Origin: Callorhinchus milii
Taxonomy: Eukaryota
DNA: 64,000 nt
Direction: 5' to 3'
NCBI RefSeq assembly: GCF_018977255.1
Contig: NW_024704743.1
Span: 37,078,001-37,142,000, forward strand
Below the pieces are notes generated by a model that was not told where the DNA came from, did not search any database, and saw nothing but the letters and a program-made list of their open reading frames with translations. This document shows positions 63,858 through 64,000 of this stretch, one piece after another (position 1 is the first letter of the stretch; each line of letters opens with the position of its first letter). The translations under genes were made by a program, and so were the position numbers.

Positions 63858-64000
63858 GTGCATTCTGCCTACAGTGGAGCCAGGCAGTGACAAACCGACA
63901 TTATAATCGCAATTTAAGAGAAATGCAAATGTCTTTCTTTTGTATGGCCTCGGCCGGGTGACACAGGCTGCAGTGCCTTACTCTGGCAACTTAAGATGCT

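Noticed and set aside
45600..64000. Expected syntenic neighbour TMEM158
   Set aside because: No ORF with recognisable similarity; probably beyond the window or absent.

Overview
Vertebrate genomic DNA, most likely from a cartilaginous fish (inferred from the repeat landscape and protein divergence). The window holds the last coding exon of a tetranectin gene (CLEC3B, + strand, 129-529) tail-to-tail with a complete 9-exon CDCP1 gene (- strand, 44630 to 13872, 801 aa, all GT-AG junctions phase-consistent), the same arrangement as human 3p21. Much of the rest is retroposons: a near full-length CR1 LINE with ORF1 and ORF2, a near-identical truncated sister copy, many L2 3' fragments, tRNA-Ala-headed SINEs (old and young subfamilies), Deu-domain SINEs and minisatellites. 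The most unusual items are a decayed non-CR1/non-L2 LINE at about 59.5-61.75 kb (possible horizontal transfer), a SINE subfamily that appears to have adopted an L2 3' motif, a strongly AT-to-GC-shifted SINE beside the CDCP1 promoter, and two short locally templated duplications in CDCP1 introns. No clear new multi-gene system was found. Repeat boundaries are approximate, and family assignments rest on recalled sequence, not database searches.
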